Origin: Nemertoderma westbladi
Taxonomy: Eukaryota > Animalia > Xenacoelomorpha
DNA length: 64,000 bases
Direction: 5' to 3'
Assembly (NCBI GenBank): GCA_032718475.1
Contig: JAUCBJ010006305.1
Coordinates: 1 to 64,000, forward strand
In this document: one piece after another, positions 24,671 through 35,974 of the stretch
How positions within the stretch are numbered: position 1 is the stretch's first letter
Layout: every line of letters begins with the position of its first letter
The notes under the pieces: generated by a model
The model's input: the letters and a program-made list of their open reading frames with translations, nothing else
What the model was told of the DNA's origin: nothing
Database searches by the model: none
Program-made: the position numbers and the translations under genes

Positions 24671-25478
24671 TTACGTAAGAAAGTGAAATTCAATAATCCT
24701 ATTGGGCAATATTGTATTTTACTGTAGAAAGGCCCTATATCTCTATATTTTATATATGCTCTTCTGAACAATTGCAATTTTTGACTTAGGGCCTTATGAC
24801 ACAAAAGCTACGATATGTACCTTCTATATAAATTAGTTTTTCCCCAAAGTACATAAAATATAACAATAATAATATAATTGACACTTATACATTGTTTTAA
24901 TGCCCCAATAAGTTATAATTATTGGAATAAGGAAAATACTAGAAACCTAATATTAACAAAACCGATACATTGTCTGGAATTTTGTAATTTGTTTGTTTAT
25001 TGCAACCATCCCCCCCCCCCCCCCCCCCCCAGATTCTCGCCACCGAATGTCATTGTTACACCAAACAAATACAAATATAATTTGTTAAAATTTAGATTAA
25101 ATATGAATATGAAAGAATATCAAAATGTAAATATTGCACTACTTAGACTTAGTACTTAATGCCAGACTGATAATAATGTAGTTACAAATCATTGTATTGG
25201 TTGAGTGTGTAACATAAACATAGGTCATTAACTTCAACTTGTTAATAAATTAGTTTAGTCTACCATTTTATAATAATATTAATTTTATATTTTTATACAT
25301 CGTTGTCTAGACTAAATTTATATTATTGCTAATGGCGAGCCATGTAACAAACAAGGACTCACTCCCTATGGCTGGAATATTGGGAACAGTCGTCTATACT
25401 GTCATCATGACTCATGATGTTGATACTATTAAGATGAGTAATGGTTCATAATTTTGTGAATAAAATTATTGTCAAATT

Positions 25479-27602
25479 ATGGAGAGGCTACCAGCTTCCC
25501 TCAATCTACCATCAACTGCCATACCAGTGAATAGACCAAAATTCGAACCGGTTCAATTTGGAGTCGGACCAGTTAAACCAAAATGTATACAACCGCCTAA
25601 AGACGCAAGTTCAGTAATGTTACGTTATCCCCCCCATAAAAGATTAAAACGCGACGGTAATAAACTATGTGACACATCCTGTAATGGGATCAATGGCAGG
25701 AGGAGTGATAGACAGCCCCCAGGAAACTGTGATACCATTACCCAAGAAGCTGCCAATAGCAGCCACTTATTAGCATTCACTCAGACGAATAATGTAGACT
25801 GTTTTACTGCTTCCAGCAGTGGGGATTATAGTCCAGGAGTTCTGTGGCCATCGGGTAACTCTCAGAGTGTGGGTGTGACTGCTAGTAGAGTGATGGACCA
25901 ACTACATGACGCCTGCGCCAATGTTTTAAGGGAGAATATTACCAACCACAGTTCCAATATGTCATTATTACCCGCTACCATCAAAATGAATTTATCTGTA
26001 AATCCGACATTTTTAAATAATTCGATGTCTTCTGTTAACTCTTGCAATACTTGGACTAAAAAGGCTTCCAATATCTACGATTTTGCTTCTGTTACTAGCG
26101 GGGAGACATTGCCTTTGGAAATAAAGTCCAAGATGAAATTTTCCCTTTTGAAAAGTAGTTTACAACCGCAAGATACGACTAATTCTCATGATAGTCTAGA
26201 AGAAATTTCTGTAACTTCTGTTACCTCGGATAATTCAGACGTTTGGGAACATTTGCCTTTCGCAGGAAACGACATATTGGAATCTGAGTCAGACACTAAA
26301 ACGAAAGCATCAAAGGCTAAGTCAATAAACAAAGTAAATAATCAGAAAAGTTGTCGACCAAACTACTTTATTGCCGTGCCTATAAACTCTGAGGAAATTG
26401 TGAGAAACTTAGAGAATTTACAATCGTCTATTTCAAAGAATAACAATATATTGAGGAAGGCTTTAATATCTAAATCCACTTTCCATATTACACTGAATTT
26501 GCTGAATCTTGTTTCGGCGGATGAAGTTACCAAAACCGGCGTAATTCTAGAAGATCTGAGAGAGGAGCTATCCCGAACAATTGGTTCAAAACCCCGGAGT
26601 ATTCGATTTCGGAAAGTAAATACTTTTAGCAATAAAGTTCTTTACGTTTGTGTTTTTCCGGAAGACGTAGTTTATCTCTCTTCGATTTCCGATGCGGTTA
26701 GCCGATTATTGGCTTCCCGTGGTATTCAGACCGTCGATGAATCGCGTTCCTTCCAGCCTCATCTAACGATACTGAAACTCACGAAGTTGAAGAAACCGAA
26801 AGATAAGAAACTCATTAAATGTATTGAACCGAGTTTATTCGCCGAGTTTAAGGACGTGGATTTCGGTAGACAGATGGTTCGAAAAATACAACTCTGCTCG
26901 ATGTTGAAGAAGAAACAAACTTCCGGTTATTATCACGTCGACAAAGAAATCGACCTGTTTCCTGATTGGACGGACGCCTCCCCACTCGTCCAATCAGCGC
27001 CCCCCACTGTGACGAACTCCTCCCATTGGCTAGTTGCCCGCGACTCGGTAGAAGACCCCGCTCTCGCCTCCACCAACTCCTCCCATTGGCTGGTTACCCG
27101 CGACTCGGTAGAAGACCCCGCTCTCGCCTCCACCAACTCCTCCCATTGGCTGGTTACCCGCGACTCGGTAGAAGACCCCGCTCTCGCCTCCATACTCACC
27201 GATTTCGACTGCGACGTGAACCGAGTTCTCAACGCCCAAGCCGCCGTTTCCGTAGCTACCAGCGTCACCGACGAGATTATAAAAGATACTTTAGACCGTC
27301 TGGAGTCATCCTATTATGGTCCCCTAAATGCCACTCCCTTTAATATACCTGATTATTCGCTAGGTAACAAGGTGACCTCATTGCCTCCCTTAGCAACCTC
27401 CTGTGACGTCACCACGAGCTCGGCTTCCCCGTTACGCAATCACACTTCCGCCGTGGATTACAACTATAACCCTCCCTCCACGACAATCTCCAGCTGCAGT
27501 GGGAATGTAGCGAACGAACACATCCGTACAAACACCGTGCATTACAGCTCCAATCAGCAGTCTGTGTTCATTGTAGGTGTCGATGAAACACTTTGGCAAT
27601 AG
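25479..27602 (+). CDS. AKAP7: AKAP7-like 2H phosphoesterase (2',5'-phosphodiesterase-type domain) with long low-complexity flanks, intronless
   Basis: RPNYFIAVPI, first HxT motif FHITL, F..VNTF.NKVLY, second HxT motif FQPHLTILKL, DFGRQ.V..IQLCSM..KK...GYY match the AKAP7 central domain layout; 707-aa uninterrupted ORF. Confidence 0.85.
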   Translation: MERLPASLNLPSTAIPVNRPKFEPVQFGVGPVKPKCIQPPKDASSVMLRYPPHKRLKRDGNKLCDTSCNGINGRRSDRQPPGNCDTITQEAANSSHLLAFTQTNNVDCFTASSSGDYSPGVLWPSGNSQSVGVTASRVMDQLHDACANVLRENITNHSSNMSLLPATIKMNLSVNPTFLNNSMSSVNSCNTWTKKASNIYDFASVTSGETLPLEIKSKMKFSLLKSSLQPQDTTNSHDSLEEISVTSVTSDNSDVWEHLPFAGNDILESESDTKTKASKAKSINKVNNQKSCRPNYFIAVPINSEEIVRNLENLQSSISKNNNILRKALISKSTFHITLNLLNLVSADEVTKTGVILEDLREELSRTIGSKPRSIRFRKVNTFSNKVLYVCVFPEDVVYLSSISDAVSRLLASRGIQTVDESRSFQPHLTILKLTKLKKPKDKKLIKCIEPSLFAEFKDVDFGRQMVRKIQLCSMLKKKQTSGYYHVDKEIDLFPDWTDASPLVQSAPPTVTNSSHWLVARDSVEDPALASTNSSHWLVTRDSVEDPALASTNSSHWLVTRDSVEDPALASILTDFDCDVNRVLNAQAAVSVATSVTDEIIKDTLDRLESSYYGPLNATPFNIPDYSLGNKVTSLPPLATSCDVTTSSASPLRNHTSAVDYNYNPPSTTISSCSGNVANEHIRTNTVHYSSNQQSVFIVGVDETLWQ
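27012..27192 (+). repeat. Coding 60-bp tandem repeat x3 (TNSSHWLVTRDSVEDPALAS)
   Basis: Three nearly identical 60-bp units inside the AKAP7-like ORF. Confidence 0.95.
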
Positions 27603-29553
27603 ATGGGGCGAGCCACGGAGCCTGTGAACTTTAGTAGATTAGTCGGGTCTTATTAGCTGGTTGACTCGCGTCAGATAAATATTTGTTTACAATCGAATCA
27701 CGTGTGCGTTGCACTCAATGTGTGTTTATAAACACGGAACTTCAGGTGGGGGTGGGGGGGGGGGACTTCCGACGCAATTAAAATTCATCCATCTCCGTGG
27801 GAAAATCGACGCAAATAACAATTGATTACTAAAAAAAACTGTCTATTGATCTATTGACTATAGTTTATTGTTTTGGTTAGAAAACGTGCCACTGTAACCT
27901 GCTCCTTTCCCTTAATTAATAATTTAACATCAAGACGGGATATAAATCCGCCGAGGTAGGATTAGCGTCTCCTCTACCTCCCCTCCCATTCCCTGTCTCC
28001 AGAAGTTATTGTAATATATTGCGCTATTATTGTTGCAAACTGTGTTTAAGAAAAAATAGATTCTCATTTATTTACAAAATTTTCAAGGAATTCTTGAAAT
28101 AAATAAATAATGTACCACTTTATCTGCCTTTATCACAATATTTTGTTATGTTATATTTTTTGTGCTATACATTTAATATTTGTTTCAATTTGTAAAGCAG
28201 TAGCCAGTAGGGCATTTGATTTTCAATGAATGATAAATATATTATAGTTTACATATTTTGCGTTAAAAGCACCTAATTTATTTAATTATATTTATGAAAT
28301 ATTATTATTATTGGATAATGTGATTGACCACTTTTTGTCTGTTGCGGCAAAGACTGTTCTAAGTTTATTTCGGTGTCCCTTAGAGCCATGGTTCCGGAGT
28401 TCCGGACTCCAACATTTACCATTATTTTGTAACAATGCTTTACAGTACGCACTACGTGTAGTATTGTTGTAGTACAGTATACATTGTACAAAATGGTGGT
28501 TTCTTGATTTAAAAATGAAAGTTTAACACGATTGTTTAAATTAAATTAAGCCAGTGTTATTACATGAGCCTATTTTGTAAATTTTTTAAAAATATTTTTG
28601 GTAATCAATTTTGTCGGAGTCGGAGTATAAAATATTTTGAACGTCGGAGTTCGGAACCTTGCTTGGAACTACAATAAAATATTAACTGAATTTGAATTCC
28701 ACAGCTGAAACTATTGGTAAACTCATTTATTCTAAGCAAATTACAAATAAAATAACATTGCAAATCTGAATCAGAATTTTAATTGATCCAATTGTCCCAT
28801 CTTCAGTAATGCATAATCACCCACTATTTTGTGAGAGTAATGCGGGCATAATAGGATAATGTTAAACCCATCCCAGAGCACAGGAAATAATTTATTGTTT
28901 GAAATTCTGTTCGACGCGCCGTAGGTATTAGAGCGCAAAATATGACTACCAATTAACTGCAATGATTGACATATCATGTATATAACATTGTAAATAGATT
29001 GGACTACTAAAATTATGTTGTTTGTTTGTTGTGTTTGTAAGTAGTTATAGTCTTCCTATTTAGTATTACATTGGTGAAGTGCTAATTATATTACCTGCTT
29101 ACCTTACATTTTAAAATTGTTGTTGTTTATATTTGCGTCCCATTGTGTATTAATATTTTGGTAAAGTTACATACAAAATGCGTTATTAAATATAAGGAAG
29201 CTTAAAATATTATTAAATATAGGCCTCTATAAAAACGAATTGCGTATTATTATGTCATTAGACTACCTCAGGTTGATGATACCCCTAACTTGTCTTAGAT
29301 ATACAAAATATTATCTTTGAAAGAGACAGAAGGAAACTGGACGCAAAACCCGCCTTGGCGAATTAGTATACCGCTTCAATGTTAAATTCTCAATTTAGGG
29401 AAAGGAACAGGTTACAGTGGAACACAAAACCCGCCACATATACTATTAACTTTGAGGAATTGAATCCAAAATTCCAATCTCGTTCCACAACAACGGGATC
29501 CCGAGAGTGATAATCCCGAAAAGTGAGATCCCGTTTAAACACTAGAATACGCG

Positions 29554-30552
29554 TAGGGTTGTCTAAAATTGATCGAAAATCGATACTCGATCGAAAATAA
29601 TGTCGATAATAATCGATCGATTTGAAATAATTTTCGATCAATTTTTCACAATATAGAATATCAAACATTTTTAACAAAAATTATTCAAATACTATTTTTC
29701 ATTAACATTAATTTTTCTGTAAATGGGTGTAATGTAAAAATTTTGGAATAAAACTTAAAGGTACTAAGAATATTCTAAATACTCATATCTGCATTTCTAC
29801 TCTCTCAATCCATTCATTATTAATCTTAATGTGGGGCGAGCCACGAAGTGAGCGAAGCATTAGCATAGGGGTTCCATTAACGAATTGTCCAATTTTTGAT
29901 CGCTAATAAATCGGTCATTCCATCATAAAATTAAACCAAACTTGGTACCTATGTATTCCGATAAAAGGTTAGAAAAAATCTGAAGTTTGGTAAAAAAACC
30001 ACAGTCTGTCTGTAGTTTCACATATTTGATAAAAACCGAAATAAGTCAGTCGGTCAAATATTAATGAAATTGATCCAAACTTGATACACATGTAAATAAA
30101 TAGCTATAAAGTATAGTACCAACCAGCAGCAGATCCATCTGAAATTTGGTAGAAATTACCTATGAACATTAAGGCTTTATTAATAATTTTTCTTAAACAG
30201 AATAAGTCAGATCATCTGTCAGTCCCGTGGTGGCGTATTGTGAATATAAACAAGTATTCGGATTTCATCTTCAGGGGTTATTTGAGTCTCGTGCTGCGCG
30301 AAGGCCATGTGCTACGTACGCCAAACCGTACTCAACAGCTAATTGTAAAGTGCCTCTTTACACAAATTTTTTTTGAAATATTAAACATTCAATCTTCTTT
30401 TTACAAAGAAAATATTTCTTTTAGTAACCAATAAATTATTGAAATCTTTTTATGATTTTTTTACATTGGTAATAATCGAAAATCATCGATAATCGATCGA
30501 AAATTTAATAAAATCTATCTAAAAATTTTGTAAATTTCGATGGACAACGCTA
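29554..30552. mobile_element. Degenerate hAT-like MITE
   Basis: tagggttgtc ... gacaacgcta termini with clusters of atcgat/tcga subterminal motifs at both ends; no TSD found. Confidence 0.4.
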
Positions 30553-31529
30553 AACCGTCATATTTTTTTATTCTAACTGAAAACTTTAAGAACATTGAAA
30601 ATGCAAAGACGCACGCAAATTGTGTAGGAAAAATTCCTAAACTTCTGACAAACTACATTGTGTATTCTGGAGGACTTCAGCCTCATCCCTAAGATAAAGC
30701 CTGTTGCCTTTGCCTAGTAGGCGTACTACACAATCTGCTTAGATTTATACTTGAACGGAATATACATTATGGGAGAGTTGTCATTATCAGACATTACGAC
30801 CTCTGGCGGCAGAATAGGGAACACTGTAAAGAAGAAGTATACAAAGTTTGGATACATTTCATCGAAGTTTAATCTAGCTACTAACTTATTTTTAGTGACT
30901 TCTGAATATACGCCGTCTTTTGGGGCTTGGTGGTTTAAGCCCCAAAAGGTAGGCTTTCTAATACGTAAGTTAAACTTTTTCCTGACAGTGTTTAATGTGG
31001 GTGGTGCTAGGGTAAATCATATCATGTAAATCATAACATACAATATCACCTATATCGTAACATACTATGCGTGGGCAGAAAGCTGAAATGACTTAAATTA
31101 CAGCCACATATACAGTCACCACATAACGAAATATTTTACGACAAAGAATCCATTCATTGGTCTCCATAATCAAAGTTACCAACCCACTTGACGGTAATAT
31201 TGAACCAACAACCAATTGAACCAAACACTGTCTAGAACTAACAGATTGATATAGCATACGTATAAATTTGAGGGATGATGTTCTAACAGCAACGCTGGAA
31301 TTTGAATGGGTTTTGAAATTTATCCGCGACTCCATGAAATGAAAAATGATGAAGCGAAAATTTTAAACTAAATTATATTTCTTCCAGAATTATATTAATA
31401 AATTGATTTATTTACACCATATTATAGTAGATGATAATATAGCAACTGTAAATGAGTTATAAAATAACACTCATATCTAGTGCACCAAATAATGTTGTTA
31501 TTGGATGAGACTGTAAATCTGAACTTGGG

Positions 31530-34500
31530 TTACATTAATTCATTATCACTGTCACCATCAATATTGTCGCCATCAGAAACATCTCCACTTCCTTCTCTAA
31601 AACGACTACCAGCACCACATCTACGTCCCTTATCACGTGACCTTGTCGAAACACCCTCAACAGACCTCCCATCAACCCTATCACCAGCAACAACCAGTGC
31701 GGCTGTTGCACCATCGGCCACCTCAGCACTCGCCGTAGCACCCTCACCAGCAGCCAGTCTGATAACCTCACCAGCACCCACTCTGCCACTCTCACCTGCA
31801 CACAGTCTGACACACTCACCAGTAGTACCCACTCTGACACCCTCACCAGCACCAACTCTGACACCCATACTGGCACCCTCACCAGCACCCTCTCTGGCAG
31901 CCTCACCAGCACCAACTCTGGCACCCTCACCAGCACCCAATCTAACACCCAGACCAACTCTGGCTCCGTCACCAGCACCTACTCTGGCACAGGCACCCTG
32001 ACCAACTCTTTCACTAGTACCAACTACGGCGCCCTCACCAACACTGACACCCTCACCAGCACCCAATCTGGCACCCTCACCAGCACCCAATCTGACACCC
32101 TCACCAGCACCAACTCTGGCACCCAATCTGACACACGCACCCTCACCAACTCTGGCACTGGTACCAACTACGGCACCTTCACCCACCCTTCCTTCAATCC
32201 CAGCCGTTGCACCCTCAGCCCCGGAACCCCGAACCAAAGCGACGCTGTCATTCAACCTCTCACGAAAGTGATTGAGATTGGCGCGACCTTCTGCGACCAT
32301 CGCGTCAGTATTGGAGGAAGGCGATTCGCTGAGGAGATGATTAAATCTCTCCTCCAACGCGATGAATCTCTCTTCCAAAGCGGTGCAGGTATCCAGTAGG
32401 TTAGCGTAGCGGTAAACGTCATCGGGGCTGGAATCCTCATCGTCTGTGTCCATCAGAAACCGCCGTATCGGCATCGCTTCCGCGAGTCTGTTATCCGCGG
32501 GAACCTTCTCGGTAACGGATCTCGTTTCAACGAATTCCTCACCATAGGTACCCGGTTCCGGATAGCCCAAAGCCCGATTAATCGCGAGGTATTTCTCCTC
32601 GAGTAGAACTTTCCTCGCCTTCAAACAGGCTGGGTGCGCGACGCCGAAGACGTGCACACTACATATGTAACCTCGTCGGAAGTGTTCGAACGCCTGCAGG
32701 TCCATGTTGAGTTCCTCGTAAGCGATCGCCACGTTCTGCATGATTCGCGCCATCAGCGACGAGTTGGCTCCGATGTGTTCCTCCACCATGTCCTTTATCT
32801 TAATGTACTCATCGATCTGATCCTGTGAGGTCTTCATGAGCACGCACTTGGCTATCAACGCGGCAGCCAGCTCCGGTTTGATGTTGAGTTTAGTGAATAT
32901 ATCCACAGCTAGTTGGCTGTAGTGCAGTCCCAACTGGGTGGCCTTAGCGGGACGCAGTTCGGGGGAGCCGTCGCACACAGCCCAGCCGTGCAGATGGAAG
33001 CCGTAGGTGGTATACAACCAACCCAGACGGCGTAGGGACTTCTCTTCCTCTAAAATAGTCTTTCTCGCGGAAATAGCCGCATTTATGTGCGTGAATAACT
33101 GCGTCAGATCTGTGATGTGTTTCGGGGAGTAGAATGGATAGAGTTTGATTTCACCATCCAAGGCGGCTGCTATACCTTCGTGGATCATTGCGGAGTAGAT
33201 TGTCTTGGACTTCCCGATTAGGTAAGTCTGGGTGAGCGGCAGGGCGTCTTGGAGCAGTTCGTGGCAGTCCTTATAGAGCCCGAGTTGATGGAGGAGCTGA
33301 CCGCACTGTATGTAGTGGCGAATGCACGACGGATAGTTGGTCAGACTACCCGGACTAGCGGTTAACTTCTCCAAGGCCGTCTTATAGTAGAACTTCATAT
33401 GATTAATTCTCCCAGTCTGCTTCCAGAATCCGATCAACTCTTTGCTGAACCCCTCGTCATAAAGGGCGTCGACCGCGTCCCAGTCGAGGAGAAACTCCAT
33501 CAGTAAGTGGTTCTCCCCGAGTTTAACGAGGTGGAAGGGGAACTCGTCCACCTTCCGCTCCAACTGCGGATATTCTCGGAAATAGTCCGCGAGGATTTTA
33601 TGCCAAAACATAAGATGGTCCTCCCTTAGATCCCCCTCTTCATCAGCTGCACCATCAACGACTCCCACAATGCATCGTATGTTAACCGCTTCGCGCACCG
33701 CCGTGTGTTTGAAACACAAACGGCAACCCAATTCGGAGGTTTTGTAACGCGTTTTTCCGAACTCGACGAAACAACTCAGTCCTTCCTGCAACCCAACTCG
33801 CTGCTCTTCAGTAAGCGTTCTAGAACACTTCTTGTAAGGACTTCCCTCAGATTTCTCATTGCTTTCCACTTTTTCTTTATCGTATGTGTCATCAGGGTTG
33901 AATCCCGTCATATTAGCCAGGATAGCGTGAAGTTCTTTGAGATACAACCCATTCTTCGACACATATATGAGACATAATGCTGCTGAAATAATATCTCCGT
34001 GTTCGCTGCAGCTATACAAAGCTATTAGATTCACCAAAAGGTCAATTAAACTGTTACTATTAGTTGATGATAACAATCTAGCATAATTTGCATCAAATTC
34101 ATCAAGTTTATGGCAAACCGAAATATTATGACAAATTAAAGTGAACCAGTATGGGTTTGAAGACTGAGGATTATCCATTATTTTTAACATATTGGTTTTA
34201 CTTATGACTCCATTTTGAACTGTTTTATTAATAATTGTTGTTTTACCGTGGGTTGAAATAGGAGGGAGAGAGATATTAGTTGCCAGTGGAAACTTTGTTA
34301 GTAATTCCTTATGTATACCGGTATTTTCGGTTGCCGATAAAATCACCCTTAAATTAGGCGGAAGGGGATTAGGAATCCAGGACAGTACATCTTCGTATTT
34401 TGACGAGAACTTAGGTTTGGATAACCCTTCACCTAAATAGTCCGTGTAATTCAAATTGTTAACTTCATCAATAACTATGAGTAAACCACCCCTGAAATGG

Positions 34501-35012
34501 TTCAACATGTTGTAAACTTTCAAGTTTATTGGCTGTCTGTTCTCTTGATCCTTGCCTACATTATCAAGATCTAAGTCAAAAGTTTGAACGAGACGATTTA
34601 GCATATTTGTTACGTCATTGGAACGAGGCAAAACGTCCACAAAGTGATAGAATAAGGGCCGATTACCGGTACCAAGACCAGGACGATTACCACTGGTTCT
34701 CTGTATATATTTATTGACACATTCCAACTGAAGAATGGTAGAAATTACTGTTGACTTTCCCATTCCATGGTTTCCCGTAATGATTAATGGCGTACCAGCA
34801 TTTTTATCTTCACTCGTACTGGTTGCCGCAGCCAGATATTCTGAAACTTTCTCTACAACAGTCACGACACTGCTTTCGAGTTTATTACTGACCATGAACG
34901 CAGCTTGCTCAATATTTTCATTTTCAAATACATCTTTTGAAGGTTTAATATTATTATAGCCTGTTGTTAACGAATTTACAGAACACATCTTCTTGTCAGC
35001 TACCCTGACCAT
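31530..35012 (-). CDS. NACHT/STAND P-loop NTPase with a TPR-like helical region (TEP1/NPHP3/TTC41-like) and a Gly/Ala/Glu/Val repeat tail, intronless
   Basis: Walker A GNHGMGKST; Walker B LLIVIDEVNNL; WIPNPLPPNLRVILS; NPYWF; SKNGL..EL; FKHTAVREAV; RKVDEFPFHL; TPR-like ARIMQNVAIAYEEL...VFGVAHP. 1160 aa with no stop. Confidence 0.85.
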   Translation of the reverse strand: MVRVADKKMCSVNSLTTGYNNIKPSKDVFENENIEQAAFMVSNKLESSVVTVVEKVSEYLAAATSTSEDKNAGTPLIITGNHGMGKSTVISTILQLECVNKYIQRTSGNRPGLGTGNRPLFYHFVDVLPRSNDVTNMLNRLVQTFDLDLDNVGKDQENRQPINLKVYNMLNHFRGGLLIVIDEVNNLNYTDYLGEGLSKPKFSSKYEDVLSWIPNPLPPNLRVILSATENTGIHKELLTKFPLATNISLPPISTHGKTTIINKTVQNGVISKTNMLKIMDNPQSSNPYWFTLICHNISVCHKLDEFDANYARLLSSTNSNSLIDLLVNLIALYSCSEHGDIISAALCLIYVSKNGLYLKELHAILANMTGFNPDDTYDKEKVESNEKSEGSPYKKCSRTLTEEQRVGLQEGLSCFVEFGKTRYKTSELGCRLCFKHTAVREAVNIRCIVGVVDGAADEEGDLREDHLMFWHKILADYFREYPQLERKVDEFPFHLVKLGENHLLMEFLLDWDAVDALYDEGFSKELIGFWKQTGRINHMKFYYKTALEKLTASPGSLTNYPSCIRHYIQCGQLLHQLGLYKDCHELLQDALPLTQTYLIGKSKTIYSAMIHEGIAAALDGEIKLYPFYSPKHITDLTQLFTHINAAISARKTILEEEKSLRRLGWLYTTYGFHLHGWAVCDGSPELRPAKATQLGLHYSQLAVDIFTKLNIKPELAAALIAKCVLMKTSQDQIDEYIKIKDMVEEHIGANSSLMARIMQNVAIAYEELNMDLQAFEHFRRGYICSVHVFGVAHPACLKARKVLLEEKYLAINRALGYPEPGTYGEEFVETRSVTEKVPADNRLAEAMPIRRFLMDTDDEDSSPDDVYRYANLLDTCTALEERFIALEERFNHLLSESPSSNTDAMVAEGRANLNHFRERLNDSVALVRGSGAEGATAGIEGRVGEGAVVGTSARVGEGACVRLGARVGAGEGVRLGAGEGARLGAGEGVSVGEGAVVGTSERVGQGACARVGAGDGARVGLGVRLGAGEGARVGAGEAAREGAGEGASMGVRVGAGEGVRVGTTGECVRLCAGESGRVGAGEVIRLAAGEGATASAEVADGATAALVVAGDRVDGRSVEGVSTRSRDKGRRCGAGSRFREGSGDVSDGDNIDGDSDNELM
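31680..32225 (-). repeat. Coding 24-bp minisatellite (GAGEGARV-like)
   Basis: ctctggcaccctcaccagcaccaa-like units on the plus strand; encodes the low-complexity C-terminus of the NACHT ORF. Confidence 0.85.
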
Positions 35013-35213
35013 ACCAGCACGTACAGGCGTACCACGTATTGCTGTTAGGCCTAGAGCTTTACAGTCGATTAAAGGCCTACCGTGTACCGACAGAGGACAG
35101 GTATAGGCCTACTTATGTACTTTGTACTTCAGTACTTTACTGGCAGACTGGTATGGCCACTACTTTCTGTACTGGTAGGCCTACATTACAGTAGTACGCC
35201 AAAAGCCAATCTG

Positions 35214-35763
35214 CCAATTGGGGTGTCGTTTCAGCCTTATCATAGGCTGATAGGGTTAATGTTAAATTAATATTGAAAAATTAGTGCCTAGAAGTAAACA
35301 TTTTACTGGTTAGTTTTACTGGTATTGTTTTGGTTAGAAAAGCCTGCCATTATAACTTGTTACTTTCCTTTAACTGTTTAAAAGGTACCTTAAGCAGCAG
35401 CTTGGTCTAGTGGTGGTGACATTACTGTGCTTCCGATTAGGGGGCCCGGGTTCGACAGTTCGATCCCTAGACTGCTAGATGGGGCAGCACTGTTTGGGCA
35501 CAGTGCTTTAAATGCTGCAGCCTAAGCCCAATCCCGGCTTTCATCCTTCAGTGGTCGATAAATGGGAACCAAGGCAACTTGGGAAACAGAGTGGAAGGGT
35601 TTACTGTGGAAGATCACCCATGGTGGTGAACAGGCATTCCTTGGCTTAACGAGCCTAAAAGATTCTCCCATTCAAAAGGTACCTTAAATGGTGAATATCG
35701 AAATGAATTATTCGCGAAATTTTGTTAATATGTTAAAATAAGCTGAAACGACACCCCAATTGG
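35214..35763. mobile_element. MITE-like element with perfect 22-bp inverted repeats, interrupted by a SINE
   Basis: ccaattggggtgtcgtttcagc (35214-35235) and gctgaaacgacaccccaattgg (35742-35763). Confidence 0.65.
35394..35673 (+). mobile_element. tRNA-derived SINE with a 14-bp TSD
   Basis: TSD aaaaggtaccttaa at 35380-35393 and 35674-35687. A box tggtctagtgg; B-box-like ggttcgac/gttcgatcc. Central ctttcatccttcagtggtcgataaatgggaacca resembles, from memory, a conserved SINE central domain (Meta-type). Confidence 0.85.
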
Positions 35764-35974
35764 TAATATGCTTACAGTACAGCAGTTGCAGTACAGCATT
35801 AACTTAATAAAATAAATAAAGTAGTAGGTAAAATAAGGTAGGCCTAGCAGGGCAGTAGGGGAGCTTTATACTGTTATATTCAATAGGTATACCTGTGCCT
35901 GTACCGGTACCACCGAAATACAATGTAAATCTTGTTCATCAATCTGATGCCACACTTTACTTACATCAATTTAT

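Noticed and set aside
31480-32001. Pro/Ser/Thr-rich mucin-like ORF on plus
   Set aside because: Antisense shadow of the 24-bp coding repeat in the NACHT gene; GTG start.
35394-35475. Functional tRNA gene
   Set aside because: No clean cloverleaf, duplicated B box, and it continues into a 280-bp body bounded by a TSD, so it is a SINE head.
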